Position numbers and translations under genes: made by a program. Below, piece after piece: positions 41,201 to 55,200 of a stretch of 64,000 bases of DNA. The stretch covers positions 227,237,741 through 227,301,740 of the forward strand of contig CM041465.1 in the NCBI GenBank assembly GCA_023213395.1. The letters are read 5' to 3'. The DNA comes from Cycas panzhihuaensis. Its lineage: Eukaryota > Plantae > Cycadophyta. A model generated the notes under the pieces. The model was not told the origin of the DNA, did not search any database, and was given only the letters and a program-made list of their open reading frames with translations. How positions within the stretch are numbered: the first letter of the stretch is position 1; every line of letters starts with the position of its first letter.

Positions 41201-41360
41201 GCTATTGCATAGAGCTCCAAGAAGCATAATATTATTTCATTATCTATAGTAGAAGTAGAGTATAAGGCAATTTAGAGAAAAACTTTGACTTATATATAAT
41301 ACATATTATAGGGGAGAATGTTAGCATAATATTCATTTATATTTGTTAAATATGTGAAAA
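38270..41360 (+). mobile_element. 5'-truncated degenerate Ty1/Copia element (Copia C)
   Basis: Protease-like YIDLGFSNYMT (about 38520), integrase DLCGPM / FIDDYTRKTWVYFLK, RT QMDVKSAYLNG and LYVDDL, RNase H internally deleted after EVEYKA (about 41270), PPT ggggagaa 41311-41318, LTR start TGTTAG at 41319. Confidence 0.9.
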
Positions 41361-42122
41361 GGATGCCTTGGGAACCTGCAGGCTACCACTAGTCATCTCA
41401 AGCCATCCATGAGATGATAATCTTCAAGGTATATATATTTTATTATTATTTTAATTTTTTGAATTGTTGGTTGAGTCGGGCTCTCATCTACCTCCTAAAC
41501 TATATATATTAGGGGTAGAGTATCCTAGTATTTTTTAACACCACCTTCAAAGCTTGGGACTATGTTACTCTTCAATATGGATTAATTTTATTTTGCTACT
41601 CCACTAAATCTCTAGATCCCTCACTAATAATCCCTCTAGATAAAAATAAGCCAACCAAAATGTACTTCAAATAGGGAACATAAATCTTAAAGGGAAAAAT
41701 AAGAGCTCTATAGCCAGGATCTCACATGTGAGAGTTAAGCAAAACCCTGACCAATACCAACCCCAATAACCCCCCTGGATCCCATATATAGAAGCCCAAC
41801 CATCATACAATAATACCTAATATCATCCCCCTAAGAGGAGCAATACTAAACATAATCCCTATTAAGATCAAAGTAAAGACTAAGCCCATCAACCCACCTA
41901 GATCCTAAGATCAAAAAACCACCCAAATCACAAAGACACCTACTTACCTCACCAAAGGAAAAATAAACTTAGGCCCAACCCCTCCCAATATCAAAGTAGG
42001 AGAATAGGCCTATTAAAGACTTGAGAATAGCTAATAACCTTCCCACTAGGAAGACACAACAAAAGCCACACAAGAGGAAGAAAGCTTCTTATATATAACA
42101 AAATTAAATAATAAAGGATTAA

Positions 42123-42250
42123 AAGACTAATTGCAATAATAACACTTGATAACTAAAGAATCTCAACGAGCAGTCATATAGCTATAGATTATACAAGACT
42201 AATTGCAATAATAACACTTGATAACTAAAGAATCTCAACGAGCAGTCATA
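42123..42250. repeat. Perfect 56-bp direct duplication with a 16-bp spacer
   Basis: 42123-42178 equals 42195-42250; spacer tagctatagattatac. Confidence 0.93.
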
Positions 42251-42419
42251 CAATACTCTTAATCTCTAGCTATATGATATTTGTAACTTAGTCTTTAATT
42301 ATATAATAAAGTTGTTTAATTTATCTTTTCTATACTAAGTCTTGAATATAGTAATACTCAATCTCAATATACTTCATTCTACTTTATAAGACTAGGTTCT
42401 TCATCAATTGTATAGTACT

Positions 42420-44299
42420 TATTAAAACATAATATTTAATATGGGTTAAGCTTTAGTGTCCCCCTTATCTTAACTCTCTTATAGGTATTTATATTGAATT
42501 ATTAATATGTATGCATGCGATGCACTCCTATTCATGTAAATATCCTATTGATGGATATAACAGATCTTACATTTAATTGGTCAAGTATGAGGTCATATAT
42601 ACTATAAATATATATTCATACCTAATGCAATAATTAGAAGGTGATCATTTTTTCACATCTTTATTGTATTTTACATTATACATACTTCGTATTATGTTTA
42701 CTTTATTTATTATTTTATCTTTAATCTTTTATACTTATTAAATATTACATACATGATAACTTTTGAGATAATCTTAAAATACATTTTTTGACATGCTATC
42801 AAAGTAGTGTTGAATCTAAGTTGCTATGGTTAGGTGAAGATCCTATCAATAAAGATTTGAAGTAGGTTTGTCTTGTATATACTCATCTTATAAGTAGGTA
42901 ATAAGGTTTGAAGACATATTAGAAAAACTTTTAAGAAGCAATGGTAAATTTGAGATGAATTGACTCATCCTATAAATTTTAAGTGATCACTCTATAGATT
43001 TTGGGGCTATAAAGAAAGGATTATAGCTGATTTAATTTTTGCTTATTTTATGTCACTAATCTTGAAGGTAGATTTGATACATCAACTGTGAATACCTATA
43101 ATGTTAGTTATAAATATTTGATTAGCCTTAATTTTATTTTATTCTATGCATTTTTTTAATCTACTTTCAAATGGAAGTAGTTTTAGAATAATCAGAGGCC
43201 TAAATGAAAAGTTAATAGTATTTTATTATAGGGTACTTTGTAGTCTAAAAACCTTAGAGTAAACCCTCCTTAAAAGGGTCATAACTCTTAATACAAATAT
43301 TATTTTTACAAGATGGTAAAAGAAAAAATATATTTAGTTCAAAATTAAACAAAAATTACTTATTTACAATAGTTTAAAAGCTATTAAGAATCCTTTTTAT
43401 ACTTATAAGAGTTCTTTCTTACAAATCACATTTGGTATTTGCTTGTTGGTAGTTGTATTATTAATTTTAGTAGAAGATTCTTCATAAAAGTATATTTAGT
43501 TATCAGTAAACTTGGAGGATTAAACTCTAAATGATATTTATATATATCCTTGAAGAATCACACAAGCTTTAAGGTCCATCCTGCACTTATCCTTAAAGGA
43601 ACCATAAATTGGTTACCTCAAATAAGAATGAAGGAACCACAAATTGGTTGTCTCAACTCATTTGTCTAAAAAACTTGGTCCTGAAATGAAGTTGCCTAAT
43701 GTTAATTGAACTATGTATCCAAAGGAGGTTCCTATTCAACTGGTAGTTGTAGTGGTTAGTTAACCATGTATTTTGGCAGATGGACCTTTCTTTATATAGA
43801 CTTCAATATATTTCATCTATAGCTTGTACATATAACTAGTATAATATAAGGCTAATCTTTATTTATTCCAATAGATTTCTACATAATATATAGATATGAT
43901 ATTAAATATTAGGGGGGAGGGGGATATTAAAACATAATGTTTAATGTGGGTTAAGATTTAGTGTCCCTCTTATCTTAACTCTCTCATAGGTATTTTATAT
44001 TAAGTTATTAAGATGTGTGCATGTGGTACACAGTTATTTATATAAATATCCCATTGATAGACATAAGGGCTCTTATATTTGATTAGTTAAGTATGAGGTC
44101 ATATGTACTATAAGTATGTATTCATGCCTAATGTAATAATTAGAAGGTGATCATTTTTCTACATCTTTATTATATTTTATATTATACATACTTCATCTTT
44201 TATTTACTTCATTTATTATTTTATCTTTAATCTCTCAAATTTGTTGCATATTATACACATGATAATTTCTAAGATAATCTCAAAATTTATTTTTTGATA
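42420..44299 (+). mobile_element. Non-autonomous LTR element, 1880 bp, with no recognisable coding domain
   Basis: About 374-bp direct repeats at 42420-42793 and 43925-44299. Perfect TSD gtact (42415-42419, 44300-44304). Eroded PBS tgctatcaaagt 42794-42805. G-rich PPT 43911-43924. Confidence 0.92.
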
Positions 44300-46220
44300 G
44301 TACTCTAATTATCATAATATATCTCTATTTATCCAATCTGAGCTTAATGTAAATTTTGTAATATCCTTCTAAAGTAAACTATTTTTTAAGATGCCACTTT
44401 AACTATTTTGTATTATATTTCAAGTATAGATAAAGAAACTATTAACTATTTTTTTATATTTTGATCAATTGATATCACTTTTCTATTCATAACATCCACG
44501 ATTTCATAAAATATTTGAGATTAATCATTCTGTATCACTCAAGATCTTCTCATTCTCTTATTAAAATTTCTATTAAGAATATCACCTGGATTAGTCTCAA
44601 TCACAATCATAACTTGCTTACCTTAATTAACTTATAAATCCTTCTTAATATTTAAACAACTAAAATCACTATACCATTTATCTTTTGAAACTTATACACT
44701 CAAACTTGAATCAATATTCAAAATAGGAACATCACTTGGACTTGAATCAAGAGTAACATAAGGAGATAGAAGTAAATCACTACTAAAAGGAATACTACTT
44801 GAATTTGAATTAGGATTTGAAGTAGTAATAACATTATTTGTAAAAGTAAGTAAATTAATATTAACGTCTTGAATTAAATGTTTTACTTAACCATATCCAC
44901 CATGCCCATCAATAAGCTTATTACACCCAATAATAAGCTCATCACATTTAGAAGTAGTCTTATCAGTTATGTTATCAACCATGTTCTCCTAACATACCTT
45001 CTCCTAACTTACCTTTTCTTAATATACCTTCTTAATATTTTTATGACTTATATTTTCCTAATCACTTGTAGTAGGATTATATGTAATAGGATTTAGTCTC
45101 CTAAATCTTCCTCTCAAACATGCCATTGAGATAAAAACTTCTTCCAAATTATCATTAGAAGTTTTTTTTTCTCTTTTTAATAACTAATAACATTTTATTA
45201 GGTAACTTAGCATCATGATCTCTTTCAAAAATAGATTTTAAAATATCCCAAGCTTCTTTAGAAGTACTTGTATGATAAACTTTAGGAAATATTAGTTCAT
45301 CCATTACACAAAACATAATAGAGAGTGCTTTATTATCCTTCCTCTAAAGTTCCTTCTTTTCTTCTTTTTAGTGAATAATCAATTGAATGGTAGGAGGAAT
45401 AAGAATATGATTAATATAACCATTTATAAAAAGAATTTATAGACCTTTAGATTTAAACACAAGTCTCATTTTATATATCTAAAAGAAATAGTTCTCTCCA
45501 TGATAATTGGGAATTGGTCCATTAAATAATTTTATGATTGTAAGTATAGATTAGTTAATAGCATAATAAAGAAATATATAATCGAATAAGCAAATACATA
45601 AATCCATCAAACTTAGGATATCAACCTTCTCCCTTAAATTTAGGACTACCTTATGTCTCCTTGTCCTTAAAAGGACTTAGAAAATAAATATGAATACTTT
45701 TATTAATTACCTTTATAACAAGCATCTAAGGTTTAAAATAAAATTCCTATAGGTTTAAAATAAGCAATTTATTTTTTATTTGAATGCAAAAATAAAAATT
45801 CTTTGGTTATTACATAAGGTTCTAGGATAAAGTATCAACTCTAAATTAAAATTTCTCTATTAAAACAACTTCAAAATGGCTCAAATAATAACTCAAGATG
45901 ATGAGATCTAAGTCAAGATTCCAATGGCTTAGGTGGTTTGAGAATAAGACTCTTAAATTAAAAGATATTAAAGAAAAAGTACAAGTACCTTTTTGAAATA
46001 ACAAAATTAAGTGAGCTAGGGTTAAGCCCTTTGATAAGCTATTGAATGGTCATATAGATGTTATAGATGACTAGGGCTTAAAGCACTAAGGGGATAGAAA
46101 ACTTTAAAAGTTTATCTAATCCATCTTAATTTTCTAAAACATTTGAAAGAAATAATATCTCCTAAGCCAAAAATATTACAAGTCAAACTCCTCTAGATAT
46201 GGAAAAATTTGGTCAAAAGG

Positions 46221-49200
46221 TAAAGTGTATCTTCCCAAAATTATCCTCATGAATCTAAAGGAAGAAGAGTTAAAAGAATAAATAGAGAACTTTTATCAAC
46301 TTTGGAGGCCAATACTACTAATTAACATGCATAATGGATACCAAGAGAGTACTGAAAGAGTACCAAACTACTTTCTCTTAAGAAAAGGACATAATAATTT
46401 ATATCTATTACAAGTAATCTCTAACCTTTAAATAGACAAGATAAGGTCTTTTTTTAATAATCTAATTGGTAGCCCTAATGACCTTACATATCACTGGCAA
46501 CTCTAATAGTCTTAAATATTATTTGAGGGCTTAGTAGCCCATGCACAAAACTTAATAGTTAACATCAACATTAAACTCTTGATGATTTCTCTATACTAGT
46601 GCCTCTTACACTTAAGAAGAGAGGGTTATGTTACAAGCCCCCCATCTTGAGATATTAAGCCCTTGAATCATTGGATATGAGGGTGGTGTTGGATAAGATC
46701 TTTAAATTTTCAAGTCACTTTATCTATATCACAACCAACCTACTATGCCAAATGCTTAAAAATGATATAATTATAGAGGTAGCACTAATGACTAGTAAGG
46801 ATTTAGTTAGGCGAGACTATGAGGTGTTCATCATCAAGAATGGGTAGGGTAGTATGGGAAATAACTTTGTTGCCCATGCATTTTTTAAAGCAAGAGATAT
46901 AGAATACATTATGAATATTAGTATTTGGGGGAAGGTTAAGGATGTAGGTAACTTCACCAATCTTTTAGAGGATTTTATACAAACTATAATAATATGGGCT
47001 TAACTTATGGCCTTGATAGGACTTAAGGAATTATTATGTATATGGTTGAAGGTGGAGGAATATGAGATCTCTAATGTTAAATAACTAATTAGATCAATGG
47101 TGGTCACCAAGTTAGTTCATGTGTATATATGTAATAGCCATGTTTTACATAAGGGTATGGAGGATTTGGTCCATTTCCTAAAGCTTTTGTTGGGCTCAAA
47201 CAATCCAAAGATTAGTGACCAAGGTATGGTGTGAAGGGGGATAATAACTATATAAGGAAAAAGATGGGGACATACCAATGGTAGAGAAGTGGGATAAGTT
47301 GTATGAATATTTTGCCATGGATAGCTATGAGGTCCACTTAGGACAGTGTTCTTAGGTAAAATAATGGAGGTATATTTTCAACATTTTTTCAAGATCTTAA
47401 ATTGACCATTTATTTAAGGATGGAAAGTAGAACTCATATAGAATAAGGTTCCTATGGTTCTAAAGAGTTCTTGTAAAAAGGATCTAGTGAAATTGGCATC
47501 ACAATCATAGATAATGGTTGAGGGAGATCCATGAAAGTGAAAAATAAATTAAACATATAGGCCAATAAGATAGGATGATATGTATAAGTTATGTACTAGG
47601 AGGAAGTGTGACAACTTGGTTTATCTATTAATGACTACCCAAATAGAGTTAAAACCTATGGATGTAGTTAGGCCAGTGATGAAATCCATGGCAATGCCCT
47701 ACCATTTACCTTGGAGAATGTGTATTGGTTGGAGAAGACCCGATAGGGATTTAGTTTCTACCTTATTTTATTAATAAGTATCTCACTCTAATATAAAGGT
47801 AAATATGGTAGGTTTCATGTGGGGATAAAAGAAATATGCATGAATATATCAATAGGATTTATTAAATCTAGAGGGGAATGGAATGATATTATGTTATAAT
47901 ACAAGAGACCAATTAGGAGGATGGGTGTACAAAGATGTAATTTCTAAATAATAAATGGTTATTGTAAGATGACTAATTTTTTTAGATGAGTTTTTTCACT
48001 CTAGTTGGTGTAATCAGGATAAGCTTAATTTCAACATACAATTCATTAAGACAAATGGGGTGGGGCTTTGATATAGCATGAATACTAGGGTTGGGGGTAC
48101 TAGAATTAGGGTGTAGGTAAGAAAGGGTATCTGCAACCACATTGTCTTTATATTTCTTATAAGAGATTATAAAGTCAAAGACCTATAGATGATCAATCTA
48201 TTTATCATGTTCTTTGGAAAAAACTGGTTGATCCAATAGGTTATGGAGGCTTCAATGGTCTATAAGGATAAGGTATTTTGATCCTAAGAGATATTGACAC
48301 CACTTATCTATCACATGTCAAATGGCTCTCATTTCCTTCTAGTAGGTAGAGAGTCAGAGTTTGTGATCTTTTAGTTTTCAACTTTCAAATGCAATGGGTT
48401 GGTAGTCTTGGATGCCTAGGTTAAGTCCTAACATATTGTACTCAAGCTAGAATGAATAGGTGGGTAAATTTTAGAGTGATGAGGACTAGAATAGAGATCA
48501 TGACTACTTTGAGATAGGCAAAAGTAATTTTAGCCTTAGAAGACCATTGAAAGGAATCTTTATGGAGCAAGTTAGTTAGTGGAGCTATGAGGGACATGTA
48601 GTTTCGCATAAAATGATGATAGAACCTCAAGAGACCAAGGAAAGTTGGTAGTTGTATGAGATTTATTAGTTTTGGCTAAGTGGTAATGACCAATATTTTA
48701 TTTAGGTCCATCCATATCCCTTTGAAAGATATGATGTGCCCGGAATACTAGAGTTTTATTTTCCCAAACTCACACTTAGAAAGTTTGGTATATAATTGGT
48801 GTTGATGTAATATTTAGAGAATGGTCTTGAGATGGTGAATGTGATGGTCTAAGTAAGAACTATAGATAAGGATATCATCAAAGAATATGATAACAAATTT
48901 TTAAAGATGGTAGCCAAAAATCCTATTCATGAGTACTTGGAAGGTGGTAGGTACATTGCAAAGGCTAAAGAACATCATATATAACTCAAAGTAGCCATGA
49001 TATATTTTAAAAGTTGTTTTATAGTAGTCCTCTAGAGTAATTTAGATCTAATAATAACTATATTATATATCTACCTTAAACAAGATTGAGGCTCCATGGA
49101 TTTCATTTAACATATCATCTATCCTTAGAGTGGAGAACTTATTTTTTATGGCAATCTTGTTAAGTTCTTTATAATCCATACAAAGGTAGAAAGAGCCATC

Positions 49201-52200
49201 CTTCTCCTAATTAAGATTATTGCAGCTACATATGGGCTTTTATTGGGGTAGATTATGCCTATATCCATTAATTTAGTAGTGATTTTCTCAATTTCATTTT
49301 TCTAGAAGTAGGGATTTCTATATGAGCATAGGCTAATTGGGTCATAGTTAGATTAGAGGATGATAGTATGGAAGAAACCATAATAATGGGGAGTAGTGAT
49401 ATGAAGGGGAGTAAATACTTACTCATATTTAGTAATGATATCTAAGATACGTAGGTGGATTTGAGGGTCAACTTGAATATTAGTAAGGAAAATAATATAA
49501 CAAAGGATAGATTAAAGGTCCCTTCTCATATGACTTGGTGAAACCAATTAGTTGGGTGGGGATTGTAACCCATAAAGTTTATGTGTTTGATCCATTTGGT
49601 CCTTAAACATTATAAAAGGATTGGTTAGGGGGTTGTTGGTACTATAAATCCCTAAGGATTGCAACTAATGAATTTCCAATATAGTATTGAATCCTCCTAT
49701 CAATAGTATATAGAATTCTAAGGTTAGTAGGTAGGTGCTAATCTAGACATGTAGGTTTTTAATGACACCAACATAATAGAGTTTTAGTACCCTAGTAGGG
49801 AGCAGATGAAGCTACAGTTGGGGATAATGTAAAGGTTTAGTTGTCAGTCTAATGAGATGTCAACAAAGTTCAAGGATGTTCCATCGTCAATTAAAATTGA
49901 CATTAGAGTTTTGAGGAGGATGTCCTTAACTTATAAGAGCTTAGGACAAGAGGAGGAGGCTAAAACTAAGAGGGATACTTTAGTTTAAGGCTTAAGAGTG
50001 AGATCTTCTAGGTAGTTGGCATCAACCTCATACTTAGAATCAGAATCTAAATTTTCATTAGGGGATAAGGTAGGGTCAATATAGAAGACTATATACCTAA
50101 CTTTACAAATACAACCATGCTCAACAAACCACCTTTTTTAGCATTAAACATATAGGATAGCCTCTATTCAAAGTTGTGATTCTACTTATGATATTTGGAC
50201 TCTTTTTTGTGTATTTTTTTTAGGCTATCAATCTATTATAGGGTGAGTTGTATCATCAAGTCATGATTAGGGAAAATAAAAATCTATTTGTGATCACGTT
50301 ATATTATCAAACTAAGGTTGAATTCATCAAAAGTCTAATTAATGAGATTATGAGAACCATGGGTTATCCCATTGAGTGGGTAAGGGTTATTCAACTAGAA
50401 ATTCTACCTCTACTAATCAATCAATTTTGATTGCTTCTTTAAGAGAATTGATAGACAACATCTTAATGTACATTTGAATATGGTCCTAGAGACCTACCAT
50501 ATAAATGTCGATCAAGGTTTATTTATCTAGGCCTTGGATTTAATGGGACTAATTATATAGTGCTTATAATTCATCTATAAAAACATCTATTAATGATATT
50601 TATTTGAGTTATATTAAATGAGTAAAGAATAATTGGCTCTAAGTGTCCTCATATTGCTTGAAGAAATAACTTCTAAAGTGTGACCATGTCAGATTCAAAG
50701 GGTATTCTTTTTCCACCAATTGAATTAGTGATGAGTTTTTTAATCCTTATGTATGGAGACATATAGTAGTTCATCTTCTTCATTCATGGGATTAAGAGTG
50801 AAATAAGATTTTAATTTATAAATCTAACTATGAGTTCATTCTTTATTCAACTTAGGATTAAAAGTTAAGATGTTGATTTTGTAGTGGAGTAACCGCTACT
50901 TGTATGGATGGCCTCCTTGGGGTGCATTGTTAATCCCAAAGTGGAGCATGGTTGGTGAAGAAATCAATTACCAATCTTTTTCTTTGAGATCTTAGGGTGT
51001 TAGTGTAAAATTCCTAATAATATTAATAAAAGAATGAGCCTATAAAAAGGATACTCTACACCAACTCATGCATGCTTGCCATTATTTCAAGATAAGAAGA
51101 ATAATACTTCTATTAACCTAGAAAAACCTCCATTTAATGGTGGAGAAAAAAAACTAGCAAAGAATAGGCAAATTACAATAAAGAAATGATACAACAATAC
51201 CACTACGGGCCTCTAACTTCCTAAGACTCATTCAATGAAGCTCCCACTCTCCAAAATGGATGCTTGAAATGCTGAAATTTGCCTCCTCTATGGTCTCCAA
51301 CACCTCCCAAGTGTTGCCCCAATGTTGCTCCCAAGTCAATTGTCTCCTAAACATAATAACCAAGTCTCCAACATCAAACATAAGCTCAAGAGTGTCAATT
51401 TATATAAGGAAATCTATATAACTAAAATGCACATTTTCCAAGTGGCATTCATGTAAGTTTAATTACCAACAACTAAAATGCATACTATCTAAGTGGTATG
51501 TATGTAACTTTGTAAAATTGTAGCCTAGCACCTAGGGCTAACAAACTCAAATTAAGCTCAAATTTTGTAAACTTATAGGTAGATATGTCCCCTTTATGTC
51601 CTCAAAATTTTAGCTTATTTGGATATCATTTTCCCCTATTTTTACTAATTTAAAAATAGTAAATGCTTGTTATTTTTCTGTTGGCCATAGGATCTATTTT
51701 TTGAAAAATAGGAATTACCATCTAGTCAAATGATATTTTTTGAATCCCACCTTTTTCACACATATAGTGGGATATGTATTCTTCTTTCCCATAAAATTTC
51801 ACATTATTTTGATACTATTTATCCCTGTTTCCTTCAATTATACCAATGTCTAGCATTTTCTGCTTCTTGTAGGCATAGGGTGGATCCTCCTACATCATGG
51901 CTTCCCTTCCTTAGAAAATAACCAACCCTATTTAGATTAGAACTAAATATGGGGGAAGCTTTGTTCCCCTTGATTTCTACTAAACCACTTGGCCTTACTA
52001 GGCAACTATCTTACTACTCCAATCCTAAAAGATTCATATGTCTTATGTCTCGTTTTGGTGGATTTTCTCTCCAAGATACAATCCTCCTTGAAAGGCTTCT
52101 CACTCTCCAAATACAAGTCAACTGAAGGTAAAGTGGACTAGTCCTACTCCTCATCTATCATGAAGGGCTTAAAGAGTTTCAAATATTCAATATTTACTAC

Positions 52201-55200
52201 TATATATATTTGCATATAAGGTGGAAGATCAAGTTATAAAGCATTACCACCTACTTTCCTCAAAATCTTAAATGGTCCATACCTTGTAGGTTTGAGTTTC
52301 TTTCCTTCTTCTTTCAACCTCTCCTTACTCAAGTATAACCAAACCAAATCTCCTTCTTGAAAAGTACACTCTTTCTATAATTATCATGTCTTTCCTTGTA
52401 CTTTTGTTAAGTCCTTAGAAGTTGATCATGCACTTCTTTATGGGCTCTTTGGATCTTCTCTAAGTATCTCAAAGCCTTGTCATGCCCCTCCTTCTCATTG
52501 GTGGATACTTCCTTAGCTTGCATGGAAAACTCTAAGTCAAATAGACTTTGATGCAAGTATCTCAAATAAACTTCAAAAGGTGATTTAGAGTATGATGCAT
52601 GCACTACCCTATTAAATGCAAATTATAAAAAAGCCAATGGTTTACCCAAGTCTTTGGATGCTTGGAATTGTATCCCCTTAATAAATGTACCAAAGCTCTA
52701 TTTAGTACTTTGGTTTATCCATCTATTTGAGGATGAAAACTTATATGCCTCTTTAATTTGATGCCTATCATCTCCCATAGTGCCTTCCAAAATGATGAAA
52801 GGAATTGAGTGTCCTGATTTGAAATGATGGAAGAAGGCAAGCCAATATTCTTCCATACATGCTCAAAGAACAACTCAGTTGCCCCTACTCCTATGATTGT
52901 CTTCTTACAAGATATTAAACATATCATCTTGTTGAACCTATCTATAATAGAAAAAAGATAGTCATGTCCCTTCCTAGTCATGGGAAGTCCCCTTAAGAAA
53001 TCCATGGAGATACTTTCCTAAGGACTAGTGGGAATGGGTAATGGTATATACAATCCTAATTTTCTAGTAGGAGGCTTAATATTACACATTCTTTTACATA
53101 TTTGATTACATCATTCTATATATTTAGGCATATAACATATCTTCTCAAATTTGCTAAAGTCTTCTCTATACCAAAGTGACCAACTACTTTAGAAGTATGG
53201 GCTTCTCTAAGCCACTTGATCTTGTCTCTTTTTTATGGAACATAATGATACTCCCCTTTGAAAAGTAGACCATCCTTCCAAGCAAGCTGGGAAGGTCTTC
53301 CTTGCTCTAGGTTCTTTAATTCTTCCTTTAAGGCTTCATCCTTCTTAGGCACCAAGATAATTAGTGACCTACAAGATGAACATGAAATTCTTATGACCCC
53401 TTGATCAAGCAACTCCTCAACTTACCTCTTTATCTCATTATTCTCTGTAATGAAGTGCCTATACAAAGCAATATTAGGTAATGGTGCATCTCCTATAAGA
53501 GTGATTTCATGCTTTATCTTTCTCTTTGGTGGTAACCCATTAGCATGTTGAAATGCAATGTCATACATTGTCTTCAACTCCTCAATTTATTACATTTGCT
53601 TATGTGATAGAAGAAGAGTATGAGTAGAAGGGCCTCCTTAATCTCTTAGCCTTTCTTTGGTCCTTACCATTAAGATGATAAACTTTACATATGCATTAAT
53701 CATTCTTTTTACTTGAGTACATGAAATTAATGTCATCTTATCTAAGTGCTTCTTTGTAGCCTTTATAAAGAAACCCACGTTATCCTTCATCAACTAGTAC
53801 TTTCTCTCCCTTTGATAGAAGAGTGCATCTTGATCCCACAAGTAGGAACTCCTAAGTATAAAATGGCACACATCTAATAGTACCACATCATATATCACTT
53901 CATCAACAAAAGTATTAGTGATAGAAAATTTAAGTGTATATTACTTTGATATCCATATTTCTATAACTTTTTGGATCTAACTGAGAGGATATGGGTGAGG
54001 GTGAGGAGTAGCTACCAACCTAAGGCTCTTCACCAAATTTTCTAAGATCAAATTCTTTTGGCTCTCCAAATCTATAATGGTATGAATAATATTATTTCCT
54101 ACTTAAAGCTTCAAGTGAAATAATTCTTTTTTTTTAGCATCATATCTATAATTTGTAAGTAGAGCAACCTTCTCTTCTTCTTCTTCACTTTGAAATTCCA
54201 TCTTAGAAAGTAGTGCTTTCTTTTTTTCCTTCTTACTTGACTCCATATCCTTAATATGCTTTGTCTTTAGCTTTGGATGCAACTTCCAACACTTTGCTAT
54301 AACATGACCACTAATATCACAATACTCACAGTAGTTAGAACTTTGAATAAAATTAGTTCTTTTCTTTTTTCCTTCTTGACTTTTAAATGAGTGTAATTTA
54401 GGATTCTTTTCATGCTTATCAGAAGTAAAAGTAGAATCTTTAGATATGAATATAGGTTTCTTGCTTTTGCTTTATAATGCAATAGCCATTTCACTTACTT
54501 CTCCATTAGATTGAACCTTAAAAAGCCTTAGTTCCTTCCTTATATAATCCTCTAATGAATTTAATAAGAGTGCTATGTTCATCCATATTAATACCAAGTA
54601 ACATGCCATGTTTAAAAAATAAAGAAGTATAGTCTTGGGTACATACACCTATTTATTGGTGTAAATATTGCCAAGTGACCTATTGGTCTTCCTCATGACC
54701 TATGGGCTAGTATTCCTTCTTTACTACTTTCTTAAAATCCATCCAAGAAAAAGAAGATACATCATGAGTGTTAAAATATATATTCCACCATGTCAATGCA
54801 TGTTTACACAACTTAAGTCTAGTAAATGAAAGTTTTTAAGCATTACTATAAGCATAAATTATGAAGTAGGTTTCAAGTTGATCCAACCAATGGTACAACT
54901 TTTTAGCATTTACCTCTCTATAATAAGTTGGAATGTCTAACTCTACCTCCACCTTGAAGAGTTGATGAGATGAAGTACCCTTACTTTCCTTAAATAAGTT
55001 GCTTAAGGTCTCCCCCTCAACTTCTTTATAGTTGTGGTCATCCTTAGATCCTCCTTTAACTTTCTTCTCTTTACCTTTGCCCTTAACTAGAGATATAAGT
55101 TAGGTCATCATTTATATCAAAACTTCTACATTCTTCTCAAGCTTATCAAATTTGATTTTTCCATCTTTTTTTTTTAACCATGGTGCTTGGATTCTTTCTT

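Noticed and set aside
42123-42250. Repeat-spacer-repeat resembling a CRISPR unit
   Set aside because: Only two copies, plant TE context, and no cas genes.
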